Below, one piece after another: positions 17,110 to 25,417 of a DNA stretch of 28,513 bases. The stretch is from IMG/VR virus record IMGVR_UViG_3300027690_000141, one strand, 5' to 3'. This stretch comes from a virus. The notes under the pieces were generated by a model. That model had not been told where the DNA came from and searched no databases. It saw nothing but the letters and a program-made list of their open reading frames with translations. A program made the translations under genes and the position numbers. Each line of letters starts with the position of its first letter. The first letter of the stretch is position 1.

Positions 17110-17682
17110 TCAGTTCTCCATACTCTTTAAAACCTCGATCACCCTCACCGCTTTCTCGACTCCCAGCCTCATGCTCAGCTTGACTTCTCCATCTCCCCGG
17201 TACTCGGCAGTTACTTCCATCGGATCATAAGCCGTCACACAGCTATCAGAACTCATCCCAGCATCGCCACCAATAACCTCAGCGAGCCTCCGGAGCGTCC
17301 GATTCCTCTTCTTCTTATATTCATCGTCTTTTGCCTTATGCTCCATACAGAACTTCAGCACCTTCAAATAAACCGGCATCAACCGGCGTTTGATCTCCCT
17401 GGCGATCTTCTCAGGCTCTTTGTCTATCGCAACCGTAATCTCTGTTTTCTCCCTATGGATTGGGAAATACGTGCTCAGCCCGTCCCCAAAAGATCCTGAA
17501 ATAACCAGCCGGTCAGAATTTCTCCAATCAGCCTTGAAATACAACTCCTCTGCTGTTCCGAATTTTCTCAAATGCACTCCCGAAAAACCTTCCATGTCCC
17601 GTAACATCCATCCTTCTCCTAAATATTTCGAAACAGCATCGGCTATTTGCCGTATTCTGGCTCTTTGAAGCACATCAGACAT
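17110..17682 (-). CDS. Hypothetical protein
   Basis: 190 aa, AGGAGG RBS. Confidence 0.75.
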   Translation of the reverse strand: MSDVLQRARIRQIADAVSKYLGEGWMLRDMEGFSGVHLRKFGTAEELYFKADWRNSDRLVISGSFGDGLSTYFPIHREKTEITVAIDKEPEKIAREIKRRLMPVYLKVLKFCMEHKAKDDEYKKKRNRTLRRLAEVIGGDAGMSSDSCVTAYDPMEVTAEYRGDGEVKLSMRLGVEKAVRVIEVLKSMEN

Positions 17683-17698
17683 CAGCTCACCTCCTTCT

Positions 17699-17995
17699 TT
17701 ACTCTCCCGGCACCTTGATCATGCCGTGATCAATGGCGCAGCGGATGATAGGTGCATGCTCGTTTTCGTCGTCCTCTTCCACCACGATCTCGTCAGGAAG
17801 AAACCCTTTCTTTTCAAGCTCCGATTCAATCTCTCGAACATCGAACCTGAAATTATCATCCACTTCCACCCCGCAATTGTCTGTCGTGTACCAATACTGC
17901 AACGGCCACTCGATATCATCGTCCTTGTAGCAGTGATACACCTCCACGCCCTTGTATTCCATAAACTTCTCTGGCTCTACCCATCCATATGGCAT
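17699..17995 (-). CDS. Acidic hypothetical protein
   Basis: 98 aa, D/E-rich, RBS present. Confidence 0.7.
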   Translation of the reverse strand: MPYGWVEPEKFMEYKGVEVYHCYKDDDIEWPLQYWYTTDNCGVEVDDNFRFDVREIESELEKKGFLPDEIVVEEDDENEHAPIIRCAIDHGMIKVPGE

Positions 17996-18010
17996 GACTC
18001 TTATCCTCTC

Positions 18011-18238
18011 CTATGCCAATTCTTCCTCCCTGCACGCCTCGTATGCGTCCGGGGGAATGGTAAAAAGCTCCAGCCCCTTCTTCTTTCTCTCACCATTCGC
18101 CCACTCAACGCAGCTCCTGCACACAGGCTCCCTGACCCCGTTCACCCTCACGGACGGCACCTTGTTCGGATTGAAAATGAACTGCCGACCGCAGTTAATG
18201 CAACAGCCAAACATCAATACATACCCCATAACCTTCAT
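18011..18238 (-). CDS. Zinc-finger mini-protein
   Basis: CINCG...CRSC. Confidence 0.7.
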   Translation of the reverse strand: MKVMGYVLMFGCCINCGRQFIFNPNKVPSVRVNGVREPVCRSCVEWANGERKKKGLELFTIPPDAYEACREEELA

Positions 18239-18249
18239 CTCCCTTCTTT

Positions 18250-18519
18250 TTAGGTTTCACTCTCCCCATCCACATGGCCGCACGACCACATAGCCATGCC
18301 CCTATACTCACATCCGCACTTCTCCGGATCGTGCTCTTCTGAATCATCGTAGAAAAACTCACCGCATCTCTCGCAGCTCACATCCCCGTCCAGCACGTCC
18401 AGATTCACATGCCCACACACAGAACACGCCCAGACCATTTCATTATTATTCAAATCTAAACAATCCCCCACTTTCACGTTTCTGCGGCCGATGCAAAGCG
18501 TTCGATAACCATCGTCCAT
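18250..18519 (-). CDS. Zinc-finger mini-protein
   Basis: CSVCGHVN...CERCG...CGC...WSCGH. Confidence 0.65.
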   Translation of the reverse strand: MDDGYRTLCIGRRNVKVGDCLDLNNNEMVWACSVCGHVNLDVLDGDVSCERCGEFFYDDSEEHDPEKCGCEYRGMAMWSCGHVDGESET

Positions 18520-18522
18520 CCT

Positions 18523-19005
18523 CTACCTCTCCTCTCTGATCATCCTCCGGATCCGCAGGGCCAATCCCAAGCTCCTATACCCGCCGATAAAACCCCTTTC
18601 TAAACAACCAACCGCGTATCCCGAGCAGCCCACCTTCTCTGCGAACTCTTCCCGGCTTAACTTATGCCTTCTCCTGTACCCGACAATCAGCTTCGCCATC
18701 TCATCCCCCAAATCTTTTCCACCTACCGCCATCTTCAGTTTCCGCCGTATCTCTCCTGCATCAAGCCCCAGGATGTCACACACCCACTGAAACGAACCGA
18801 TACTTTTCCCGTTCCGCTCAAACCACGCCAAGGCCTCGTCTCTAATTCGGCATCTCTCGTAATACCGTTCAGGATCTGACTTACCTCCCCGGCCCAAAGC
18901 ATCCTGAATCGCCACAACCAGTACCGCACACCACAACCTTCTGTGCGGATCACCTTTCCACCCGCTACCAATCCTTATTTCGCCATCCTCAGCCAACTCA
19001 AACAC
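18523..19005 (-). CDS. Hypothetical protein with a C-terminal XRE HTH
   Basis: RRLWCAVLVVAIQDA...SFQWVCDILGLD N-terminal domain; YRRRHKLSREEFAEKVGCSGYAVGCLERG HTH. Confidence 0.75.
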   Translation of the reverse strand: MFELAEDGEIRIGSGWKGDPHRRLWCAVLVVAIQDALGRGGKSDPERYYERCRIRDEALAWFERNGKSIGSFQWVCDILGLDAGEIRRKLKMAVGGKDLGDEMAKLIVGYRRRHKLSREEFAEKVGCSGYAVGCLERGFIGGYRSLGLALRIRRMIREER

Positions 19006-19292
19006 TCCCGTTCTCCTTGATAAAGGACTCGATTTCTTCGAGGTAATCGGTGTGATACCACTCTTCCTCGAACATCGCCTTGGCGATTCCCAAAGCTCTC
19101 ATCCACCGGTCGATTTTTTTTGGCCTCCCGGGCCCCCATTTCTTTGAGCCCCAAGTCCATCCGGGTCAAGTAATCCTCAATGATTTCATTGACGAGCACT
19201 GTCATCGGGATTTTTTTAACCTTGGCAAGCCGGTAAAGAACGGGGATCAGGTTTTCCCTGATTTTTGGCGAATAAACATCCCCTTTGCACAT
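18975..19292 (-). CDS. RHH-like DNA-binding protein
   Basis: N-terminal YSPKIRENLIPVLYRLAKVKKIPMTVLVNEIIEDYL fits the RHH pattern. Confidence 0.7.
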   Translation of the reverse strand: MCKGDVYSPKIRENLIPVLYRLAKVKKIPMTVLVNEIIEDYLTRMDLGLKEMGAREAKKNRPVDESFGNRQGDVRGRVVSHRLPRRNRVLYQGERECLSWLRMAK

Positions 19293-19307
19293 TACGCAGC
19301 ACCTCCT

Positions 19308-19598
19308 TTACAATTCACCATTCGCGATCTTGGCAAGCTGGCTTCCATATTCCCTGATCCGCTTCTTCAATATCGCGTCCTGCTTCTCGCTCAACTGGCC
19401 TCTGGCCTTCAACTGCTTCGCAAAACTCGACAGAATCTCCGCATCTACACAGTTAAAGCCTTGTCTGTTCCTGTACTTCGCTTCCTCAGACATCTGCTCA
19501 TCCGCGGTCTGACGCTCGTACAACGCAAGCAAGGCTTTATGACGCCATCTCCGATCTGTCGTCACCCTCGCCAGGATTTGCTCTCGCGTCCATTCCAT
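19308..19598 (-). CDS. Hypothetical phage-type protein
   Basis: ALLALYERQTADEQ...NRQGFNCVDAEILSSFAKQL...LSEKQ...YGSQL. Confidence 0.75.
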   Translation of the reverse strand: MEWTREQILARVTTDRRWRHKALLALYERQTADEQMSEEAKYRNRQGFNCVDAEILSSFAKQLKARGQLSEKQDAILKKRIREYGSQLAKIANGEL

Positions 19599-19629
19599 CT
19601 TAAAAACCCCTTCTGCAATCGGTTTGCAG

Positions 19630-19986
19630 CTAATCCTCCTCGTCTTCGAGGCTTTCCTCGCATTCTCTTTCCTCCTTTAAGTACCCGGCTATGAACATTG
19701 CAGTCGAACCATGAACTTTCTGCTCCAGCCCCTCCACCTCGAAAATAGCTTCAAGATCATTCACCTGCGGGCTCAGCGATCCCAGGTTAGGATCGAAAAC
19801 CCACCCGTACCACGTCATTGTAAATCTCCCCAACAACCAGATCCCATCATACCGGACCATGTAAAGCTTGCCTGGGTCGATATCTTTCCTCTTCATCTCC
19901 TCGTCAGTCATACGTCTTTGCTTGTACGGAGGATTGACATAGCCTAACAGGGGAAGTTCCTTTAATTTCAATTTCATCAGTTTCAC
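19630..19986 (-). CDS. Hypothetical protein
   Basis: GTG start at 19986 overlapping the upstream TGA; acidic tail. Confidence 0.65.
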   Translation of the reverse strand: MKLMKLKLKELPLLGYVNPPYKQRRMTDEEMKRKDIDPGKLYMVRYDGIWLLGRFTMTWYGWVFDPNLGSLSPQVNDLEAIFEVEGLEQKVHGSTAMFIAGYLKEERECEESLEDEED

Positions 19987-20288
19987 TCTGCGTCCCCCTT
20001 CTTTTCTCCTTCTTTCCATTCTCTGAAACGTGCATCCCAGTATTTCTCTTCCTCTCTTGCCTCAGCCGCCCACTCCGCCTCGCGTTTCGTCAGATTTTCG
20101 ATCTGCTGCTTGCTCCTGACCAGGCCGTGCTTCTCATAGCACAAAGGGTCTCCTACTCCTCCACAAACCGAGCACTCAGGGCAGATGCAATTATCGACAA
20201 ACTCCCCACAGATCTCGCACGGTAGCTCAGGCGGATCGATGTCCCGCATCGTTACTCCTGGTGGTAAATCCCATCCGAACAGACCCAT
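19983..20288 (-). CDS. Cys-rich hypothetical protein
   Basis: FGWDLPPGV...CEICG...CICPECSVCG...CYEKH. Confidence 0.75.
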   Translation of the reverse strand: MGLFGWDLPPGVTMRDIDPPELPCEICGEFVDNCICPECSVCGGVGDPLCYEKHGLVRSKQQIENLTKREAEWAAEAREEEKYWDARFREWKEGEKKGDAE

Positions 20289-20310
20289 TTCCTATGCTCC
20301 TTTCTTTTCC

Positions 20311-21762
20311 CTAGCTTATCCTCGAAATCTTCGAATATTCACTCCGGGTCTCTCGTGTATTACGCCTCAACCGCGCCATCTCATTTACGAACGTCTCATC
20401 ATGCTCGGGCGCTCTGCAATGCGCAATTTCATGAATCGCCCGGTCCTTCAGCTCCTCGATCAAAATCCAGCGCCTTGATAAACCGCCGACGTTCATCGGA
20501 TTCAAAAGGAAATAGATCTCCTCACCATGCCTGACGAATTCCGCTTCCTCATCCGTGACAAACGTAAATCCTGCCGTGAACTCCAGGTACATCTCATTGT
20601 CGAGCAACACCTGCTTCACTGTTTCGGTCCACAACTTCGCCAACACCTTTGCTCTGTCGGTCTCCATAAACCGACTTACCCTCGCCGGCGCCTTGTCGTA
20701 CTTGACAATGAAATCCGGCTGGTATCCGATAAACCTCAGTCGATCTTCGAACTTGAACAACCCGTCCCCCTTCATCTGTCGCGCCATCGTGTACGCCCGT
20801 TCATCGGCAGCTACGACACCCTCTCCCTTTAGCCTTGCTGCAAGCAGCAAAATCACATTTTCACCTATGCGCCACCGATCAGACACCTCAGTCAATATTT
20901 CCCGCGCCTTCTCACCGCTCACCTTAACCTTGCCAGAGCCTGAAATCTTCTCGTACACATCCTGGGACCTATTCTTCAAAGCCGAATTCGGGTTAATCAG
21001 CAAATCGGCAACCAACCGCTCCGCCGCCTGCCTCCAGTCCGACTTGAATCCATCTCTATTCGATGTCAGAGCATCAAGCGAACTGCGCTTCAGCTCCGCT
21101 ACCAATTCACCATGCCCGGAACCCACATACATATCGAACATCCAGATGCCATGGATTCGCACCGACATATATGCGCTCTCGCGGCACTTCGTCTGGTAAA
21201 TCGAGCACCAGGCATCCTCCTTCTTAAGCGTACCCTTGTATTTCTCGCACTGCACCCGCTGCCCGTTGACATAAATCTTCGTCCGGGTCTCCATCCTGCT
21301 CGCAACACCCAAAAAGGTATCGACTAACCACTCGAATTTCTCTTCCGGCTGAATGAAAATCCTCACTCTCGTCCCGTTGACCCTCTGTCCATTCTTGCTT
21401 ACCGAATACTCCGCGCCGCTACCCCTCACCTTCCATTCCAGGGTGTCGATTTCGTACCGGGCCCATGAAAAAAACAAAAGCTCCTTGGCCTTTCCAAAAG
21501 CGCCAACGGAGCCTTCTGCCTTCTTGCTGCCTCCCAGGACCAGCAGCTTGTTTTCAATCGTGTCCTTATCCATGCCGCAGCCGTCATCCACAACCTCGAT
21601 CATCCGCTTCTCCACATCCCAGCAGACATCAATCCGCGTGGCACCCGCGTCTATCGAATTTTGATAAAACTCTCTCGGCAAAGCCACCCTGTAACTGGAG
21701 TAATCATGCTTCGCCATTTTCAGGAAATACTCGCCCGGTATTCCCACTTGCCTCATTTCCAT
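20311..21762 (-). CDS. GHKL (HSP90/MORC-like) ATPase fused to a C-terminal zincin-like domain
   Basis: N box REFYQNSIDA, G1 DDGCGM, G2 GAFGKA, G3 NGTRV, S5-like LTSNRDGF; C-terminal IHEIAHCRAPEHDETF. Confidence 0.88.
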   Translation of the reverse strand: MEMRQVGIPGEYFLKMAKHDYSSYRVALPREFYQNSIDAGATRIDVCWDVEKRMIEVVDDGCGMDKDTIENKLLVLGGSKKAEGSVGAFGKAKELLFFSWARYEIDTLEWKVRGSGAEYSVSKNGQRVNGTRVRIFIQPEEKFEWLVDTFLGVASRMETRTKIYVNGQRVQCEKYKGTLKKEDAWCSIYQTKCRESAYMSVRIHGIWMFDMYVGSGHGELVAELKRSSLDALTSNRDGFKSDWRQAAERLVADLLINPNSALKNRSQDVYEKISGSGKVKVSGEKAREILTEVSDRWRIGENVILLLAARLKGEGVVAADERAYTMARQMKGDGLFKFEDRLRFIGYQPDFIVKYDKAPARVSRFMETDRAKVLAKLWTETVKQVLLDNEMYLEFTAGFTFVTDEEAEFVRHGEEIYFLLNPMNVGGLSRRWILIEELKDRAIHEIAHCRAPEHDETFVNEMARLRRNTRETRSEYSKISRIS

Positions 21763-21778
21763 CGCCTCCTCGCTGCCC

Positions 21779-22105
21779 TCAGCTAACGTATCCTACAACC
21801 TCAACCTCGCCGCCCCTGGAATCCAGGTGATACCAGCTCAGACACAGTTGCGAATTGCCAACGACTTCGTACTGCCCCTCCTCTGTCTTGCTCTCTTCCA
21901 GGCCAAGATCGAACGTCTCAAACGCGCCATCCCCAATGAAAAACCCGACCCACTCCGTCCGATCTTCCTGAAGAACGGCAAGCCCCCCGCTCCTCAGGGC
22001 TTCCTTAATGGACTCCATCGGGACTCCATCAAAGAAGGTTTTCTTCAGGACGCCCTGCAGCGCCCTGTTCGCTTTCGTCCTCTGCTTATCGGTTATTCTC
22101 GACAT
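21779..22105 (-). CDS. Hypothetical protein
   Basis: 108 aa, AGGAG RBS. First gene after cassette B. Confidence 0.75.
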   Translation of the reverse strand: MSRITDKQRTKANRALQGVLKKTFFDGVPMESIKEALRSGGLAVLQEDRTEWVGFFIGDGAFETFDLGLEESKTEEGQYEVVGNSQLCLSWYHLDSRGGEVEVVGYVS

Positions 22106-22115
22106 CTCTTTCTCC

Positions 22116-22199
22116 TGTGTTTTATGTTTTATGCTTATAATAAATGTAACACATAGAGCGCAGATGTCAAGAAAAATTCATTGAGAAATCAATGTCTTA
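22116..22199 (-). promoter_or_regulatory. Repeated promoter cassette, copy B
   Basis: IHF consensus match AATCAATGTCTTA 22187-22199; TTGACA 22170-22165; N16; TG-T-TACATT; heptads TGTGTTT-TATGTTT-TATGCTT 22116-22136. Confidence 0.88.
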
Positions 22200-22466
22200 T
22201 GCGTTTTTCTGCAAGCTCTCCAGCGCAATGATCACGAATTCGATATCTGCCTGTGCTCTCCGCATCAACTCAGTCGCCCTTTCCGCAATCTGTCTCTCAT
22301 CGCACTCATCCCAATCGATGCCGTCCACCAATTCGCTGCAGATGAAATCAGCCAAAGTATCTCCCGCCACATGCCTTTTCGCTTCCTCGTAAGACTCCGG
22401 GAACGAATCCCCATACGCTTCCCCCACGGTCTTGAAAAAACGTTCCTTGAATTCCTCAGTCGCCAT
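22197..22466 (-). CDS. Acidic hypothetical protein
   Basis: AGGAGG RBS before ATG 22466. Contains GDTLADFICSEL. Confidence 0.7.
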   Translation of the reverse strand: MATEEFKERFFKTVGEAYGDSFPESYEEAKRHVAGDTLADFICSELVDGIDWDECDERQIAERATELMRRAQADIEFVIIALESLQKNA

Positions 22467-22506
22467 GCGCTTCCTCCTTAGCCCTGTTTTACGGGCCATT
22501 CGAATA

Positions 22507-22707
22507 TCAACAGCGCTTCCTGTAGATCTGATCCACGTCCATCCATTTTGCGTACCCAAAACTCAGGCCAAACGGGCACTCCTGATCTGCATCTTGAAAA
22601 CCCACGAAATAATTTCTTCCGCGCTCCTTCAGCGCCGCCACAGCCCTGGCTCTATCCGCACGGCTCTTGTACAATCGAAAATAGACACCTCCTCCTACCT
22701 TCTTCAT
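22507..22707 (-). CDS. Hypothetical protein
   Basis: ATGA overlap with the upstream stop; 66 aa. Confidence 0.55.
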   Translation of the reverse strand: MKKVGGGVYFRLYKSRADRARAVAALKERGRNYFVGFQDADQECPFGLSFGYAKWMDVDQIYRKRC

Positions 22708-23009
22708 CTCATCTCCTCCCACCCCACAGGCATGCACTTCAGCCATCGGTCGCTCTCCTCGTCATACAGAACGTCACCGACCGACATGCTCGTATGCTTC
22801 AACCCCAAGGCTTCAATTAGCGGCCTCATCTCGCCGTTCGGACTCCACACCTCGCCCTGCATCTTCCGAAACGCATCGTCTTCATGCTCCGCATGAACAG
22901 AGCAAACCAGCACGTGTGTCTCATTGATTTCAGGCACCGAAATCTTCTGTAACCCCAACAGCGATTCGGCCGGATTCTTGCTGTAATACGCCTTGAATAC
23001 CATGCTCAT
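22704..23009 (-). CDS. YodL-like domain protein
   Basis: THVLV...DDAFRKMQ...HTSMSVGDV...CMPVGW resembles the YodL-like S(L/M)SV(S/G)DV signature. Confidence 0.7.
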   Translation of the reverse strand: MSMVFKAYYSKNPAESLLGLQKISVPEINETHVLVCSVHAEHEDDAFRKMQGEVWSPNGEMRPLIEALGLKHTSMSVGDVLYDEESDRWLKCMPVGWEEMR

Positions 23010-23033
23010 CTGTCGCCTCCATTTGATTTCTAT

Positions 23034-23069
23034 ACTACCGGTAGTGAATTTACACGAAAAAACTACCGG
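23034..23069. repeat. 12-bp palindrome plus an extra half-site
   Basis: ACTACCGGTAGT 23034-23045; ACTACCGG again at 23062-23069. Intergenic. Confidence 0.7.
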
Positions 23070-23078
23070 CGCTCGTTT

Positions 23079-23270
23079 TTATTCGACTTCGACATACTCC
23101 ATCGTCGTCCTCAGCAGATGATCGTAATCACCCGCCGTCGCCTTTTGGAAATACTCCTCTGCAAGCTCCGGATACCCTGCTCTCTTCAAAGCTTTCTCAA
23201 CCTTACCCAGGATCGCAAAAGCATTTCCGTCCTCTCCTATCAACTTCACCACAACGTCAGTCTTAGCCAT
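23079..23270 (-). CDS. Small mobile-element hypothetical protein
   Basis: VKLIGEDGNAFAILGKVEKALKRAG...ATAGDYDHLL. AAGGAG RBS. Confidence 0.8.
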   Translation of the reverse strand: MAKTDVVVKLIGEDGNAFAILGKVEKALKRAGYPELAEEYFQKATAGDYDHLLRTTMEYVEVE

Positions 23271-23290
23271 CTTTTCGCTCCTTTCTTGCT

Positions 23291-23515
23291 TCACCCGTTC
23301 GGATGAAATTCAGCTTCTATGTGGCCTTTTGCCACGAACAGAGCCATGAAATCGTCCAGATCCTTTACATCATAATCAGGGTTCGCTGCCACTGCCATTC
23401 TCTGGACGTTCCTGATCCCTTCCTCCACGCTCTCCACTTCCGTCCACTCATAGTAGGTCTCAACTCCGTCCGCAATGTAATCCGGGTACAGCAATAAAAC
23501 CGAATACTTAGCCAT
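23291..23515 (-). CDS. Hypothetical protein
   Basis: KYSVLLLYPDY...ETYY. AGGAGG RBS. Confidence 0.7.
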   Translation of the reverse strand: MAKYSVLLLYPDYIADGVETYYEWTEVESVEEGIRNVQRMAVAANPDYDVKDLDDFMALFVAKGHIEAEFHPNG

Positions 23516-23539
23516 TGCTACGCTCCTCCTTTCAGTTCC

Positions 23540-23920
23540 TTAATCGAAAAGACTCTCTTCCAGCTCGGATTTCCCGCACTCACACCAGCACTCAGGAGCC
23601 TCCGGCAGCCCTTCGTCCTCGCCCTCTGTCCAACCACAATTGGAACAGGGCCCCTGCGCATCTTCAGCAACCTCATTCCAATCCCATACCTTTTCTCCGC
23701 ATCTCGGGCAAATCCCCTCTTCCATACACTCCGGGCAGGGATCAAACTCGGTCATGTGCCCTGGACTCAGCGACACACCAGCCGGGCTAGGATCATACTC
23801 GCCGTAGAAACCGCCCCAGCCTCCGCAGTTCTTACAGTGGTCAGGCCATTTTTTCCTGTACGCCTCGACCGCATCTTCATACCTTTTCTGCGCTTCCACG
23901 CAATCTTTGAAATGCTCCAT
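23540..23920 (-). CDS. Multi-CxxC zinc-finger protein
   Basis: CKNCGGWG, CPEC, CPRCG, CSNCG, CWCEC. Confidence 0.75.
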   Translation of the reverse strand: MEHFKDCVEAQKRYEDAVEAYRKKWPDHCKNCGGWGGFYGEYDPSPAGVSLSPGHMTEFDPCPECMEEGICPRCGEKVWDWNEVAEDAQGPCSNCGWTEGEDEGLPEAPECWCECGKSELEESLFD

Positions 23921-23950
23921 CACACTACTCCCACGACAATCGCCTCTCAT

Positions 23951-24145
23951 TCAATACGGATCGCCGCCAGACTCAATAATGCGACAACACCGATCGCACT
24001 TGTCGTATTGCGGCAGCAGCTTCACGCGCTCGCCGCAAATCAAACACTTCTTCCACACAGAACGCTTTTGATTACGGAAATAGAACTCAACGTCCTCTTC
24101 GCTCTCAATATCATACACTCCAAAGTTGTCGTCATAGTATATCAT
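23951..24145 (-). CDS. Zinc-finger mini-protein
   Basis: YYDDNFG...CLICG...CDRC. AGGAG RBS. Confidence 0.7.
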   Translation of the reverse strand: MIYYDDNFGVYDIESEEDVEFYFRNQKRSVWKKCLICGERVKLLPQYDKCDRCCRIIESGGDPY

Positions 24146-24179
24146 TTCTCCTTCCTCCTTTTTTCTGCCTCAGATCGGT

Positions 24180-24626
24180 TCATATAGCCTCATCAGGCTG
24201 CTTCCAATAGTACGACCCAAAATCGACAAGCCGGTCCGCGATCTCCTCAGCGCTGGACCGCTCCATCAATTCCTCGAATTGTCTCCTCGTGACAAGATAC
24301 CGCTGCATGATCTCCATAACCGATCCCCTCACAACCGAACCGTCGTTCGCAGCCCATACCGACCTCTCTCTGTTCACTGGCCGGTATCCGTAGCCATCCG
24401 TCGCAACCAGAAACCCGCCTTCGTCAAGCCTCTCGTTCAGGGCCTCGGCAACAGCCTGGCACTTCCTTTCTCTCTCCAAAAAACTCCTGATCGAGCTGAC
24501 CAAGCTAAAATCAACATCGACATCCACATGAAGATCTATGTTCACTTCCCGAACAATTTTAGCAAGATCGATTTCATCGAGACTACGATCTCCAACTCGA
24601 CTTCTTACTTCTGAATAAGCATCCAT
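24180..24626 (-). CDS. Hypothetical protein
   Basis: 148 aa, AGGAGG RBS. Confidence 0.7.
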   Translation of the reverse strand: MDAYSEVRSRVGDRSLDEIDLAKIVREVNIDLHVDVDVDFSLVSSIRSFLERERKCQAVAEALNERLDEGGFLVATDGYGYRPVNRERSVWAANDGSVVRGSVMEIMQRYLVTRRQFEELMERSSAEEIADRLVDFGSYYWKQPDEAI

Positions 24627-24789
24627 CTTTTGCCTCCTGTTCTCCTACCCCATTAACAACAAAAGCGCTGTCCTCTGTCTGGCAAACAGAAGCTTCAGCG
24701 CCTTCCTCCATCCAAACACCCGGGCCACTTCCCACCAATCTCTTTTGGTAATCAGCCCTCGCATCTAAATTCTTTCTCCCTTCACCCAA
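24583..24789 (-). CDS. Hypothetical protein
   Basis: 68 aa ORF filling the gap between neighbours and overlapping both. Confidence 0.35.
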   Translation of the reverse strand: MGEGRKNLDARADYQKRLVGSGPGVWMEEGAEASVCQTEDSAFVVNGVGEQEAKDGCLFRSKKSSWRS

Positions 24790-24986
24790 AACACATTGAC
24801 AGCCGCATTTGATAAATCGACGCTGAGAGCAAGCAAGGACTCTCTTGCTTTTCTTGCCCTGGCTACATCATCGCCATCGACAATCTTAGCAATCTCATCA
24901 ACCGCTTCTTCAATTTTCCTAAGCTTCTCTTTGATCTCACCAACCAACATTTCAATCTTCCCTCCTGTGTTTCCGGCACCTTCCAT
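24765..24986 (-). CDS. Small helical hypothetical protein
   Basis: Heptad-like IKEKLRKIEEAVDEIAKI. Start position uncertain. Confidence 0.55.
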   Translation of the reverse strand: MEGAGNTGGKIEMLVGEIKEKLRKIEEAVDEIAKIVDGDDVARARKARESLLALSVDLSNAAVNVFWVKGERI

Positions 24987-25014
24987 GCCTGCAAACCAAC
25001 TCTGTCTTCATGCC

Positions 25015-25407
25015 CTACTTCCTCGCCCAAACCTGAATCGCCCTTAAATCCAATGCCTTACGCACCTTCGGCTCAAATCCCCAACCCTTCAACGTCGTCG
25101 CCCACAACCGATCGTGGCCTGCTCCGCCTCGCTCGTACGAAACCAAATGCGCCATCTCATGTGCCACAGTCTCCTCTATCTCCTCCGGCTCCTTCACCAT
25201 CTTGTTCAAGGAAATCCGCACGAAATACTCGGGCCCATCATCCTCATCTTCACCGACTCCGGCTTCACCCCACGGCCCAAATTCTTTCTTCTCATCAAGC
25301 CAGGCTTCGACATACAGCCTCGCCGGCAACTTCTTCAACTGGGCTTTTCCGAGATATTCACCGAAAGCCTTCTCGATTTCTTCTCTGATCTCCCAGTTTG
25401 TCCTCAT
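25015..25407 (-). CDS. SprT-like zinc metalloprotease
   Basis: IEETVAHEMAHL...GHDRLW. Start at ATG 25407, immediately after cassette C. Confidence 0.85.
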   Translation of the reverse strand: MRTNWEIREEIEKAFGEYLGKAQLKKLPARLYVEAWLDEKKEFGPWGEAGVGEDEDDGPEYFVRISLNKMVKEPEEIEETVAHEMAHLVSYERGGAGHDRLWATTLKGWGFEPKVRKALDLRAIQVWARK

Positions 25408-25417
25408 CTCGTCCCTC

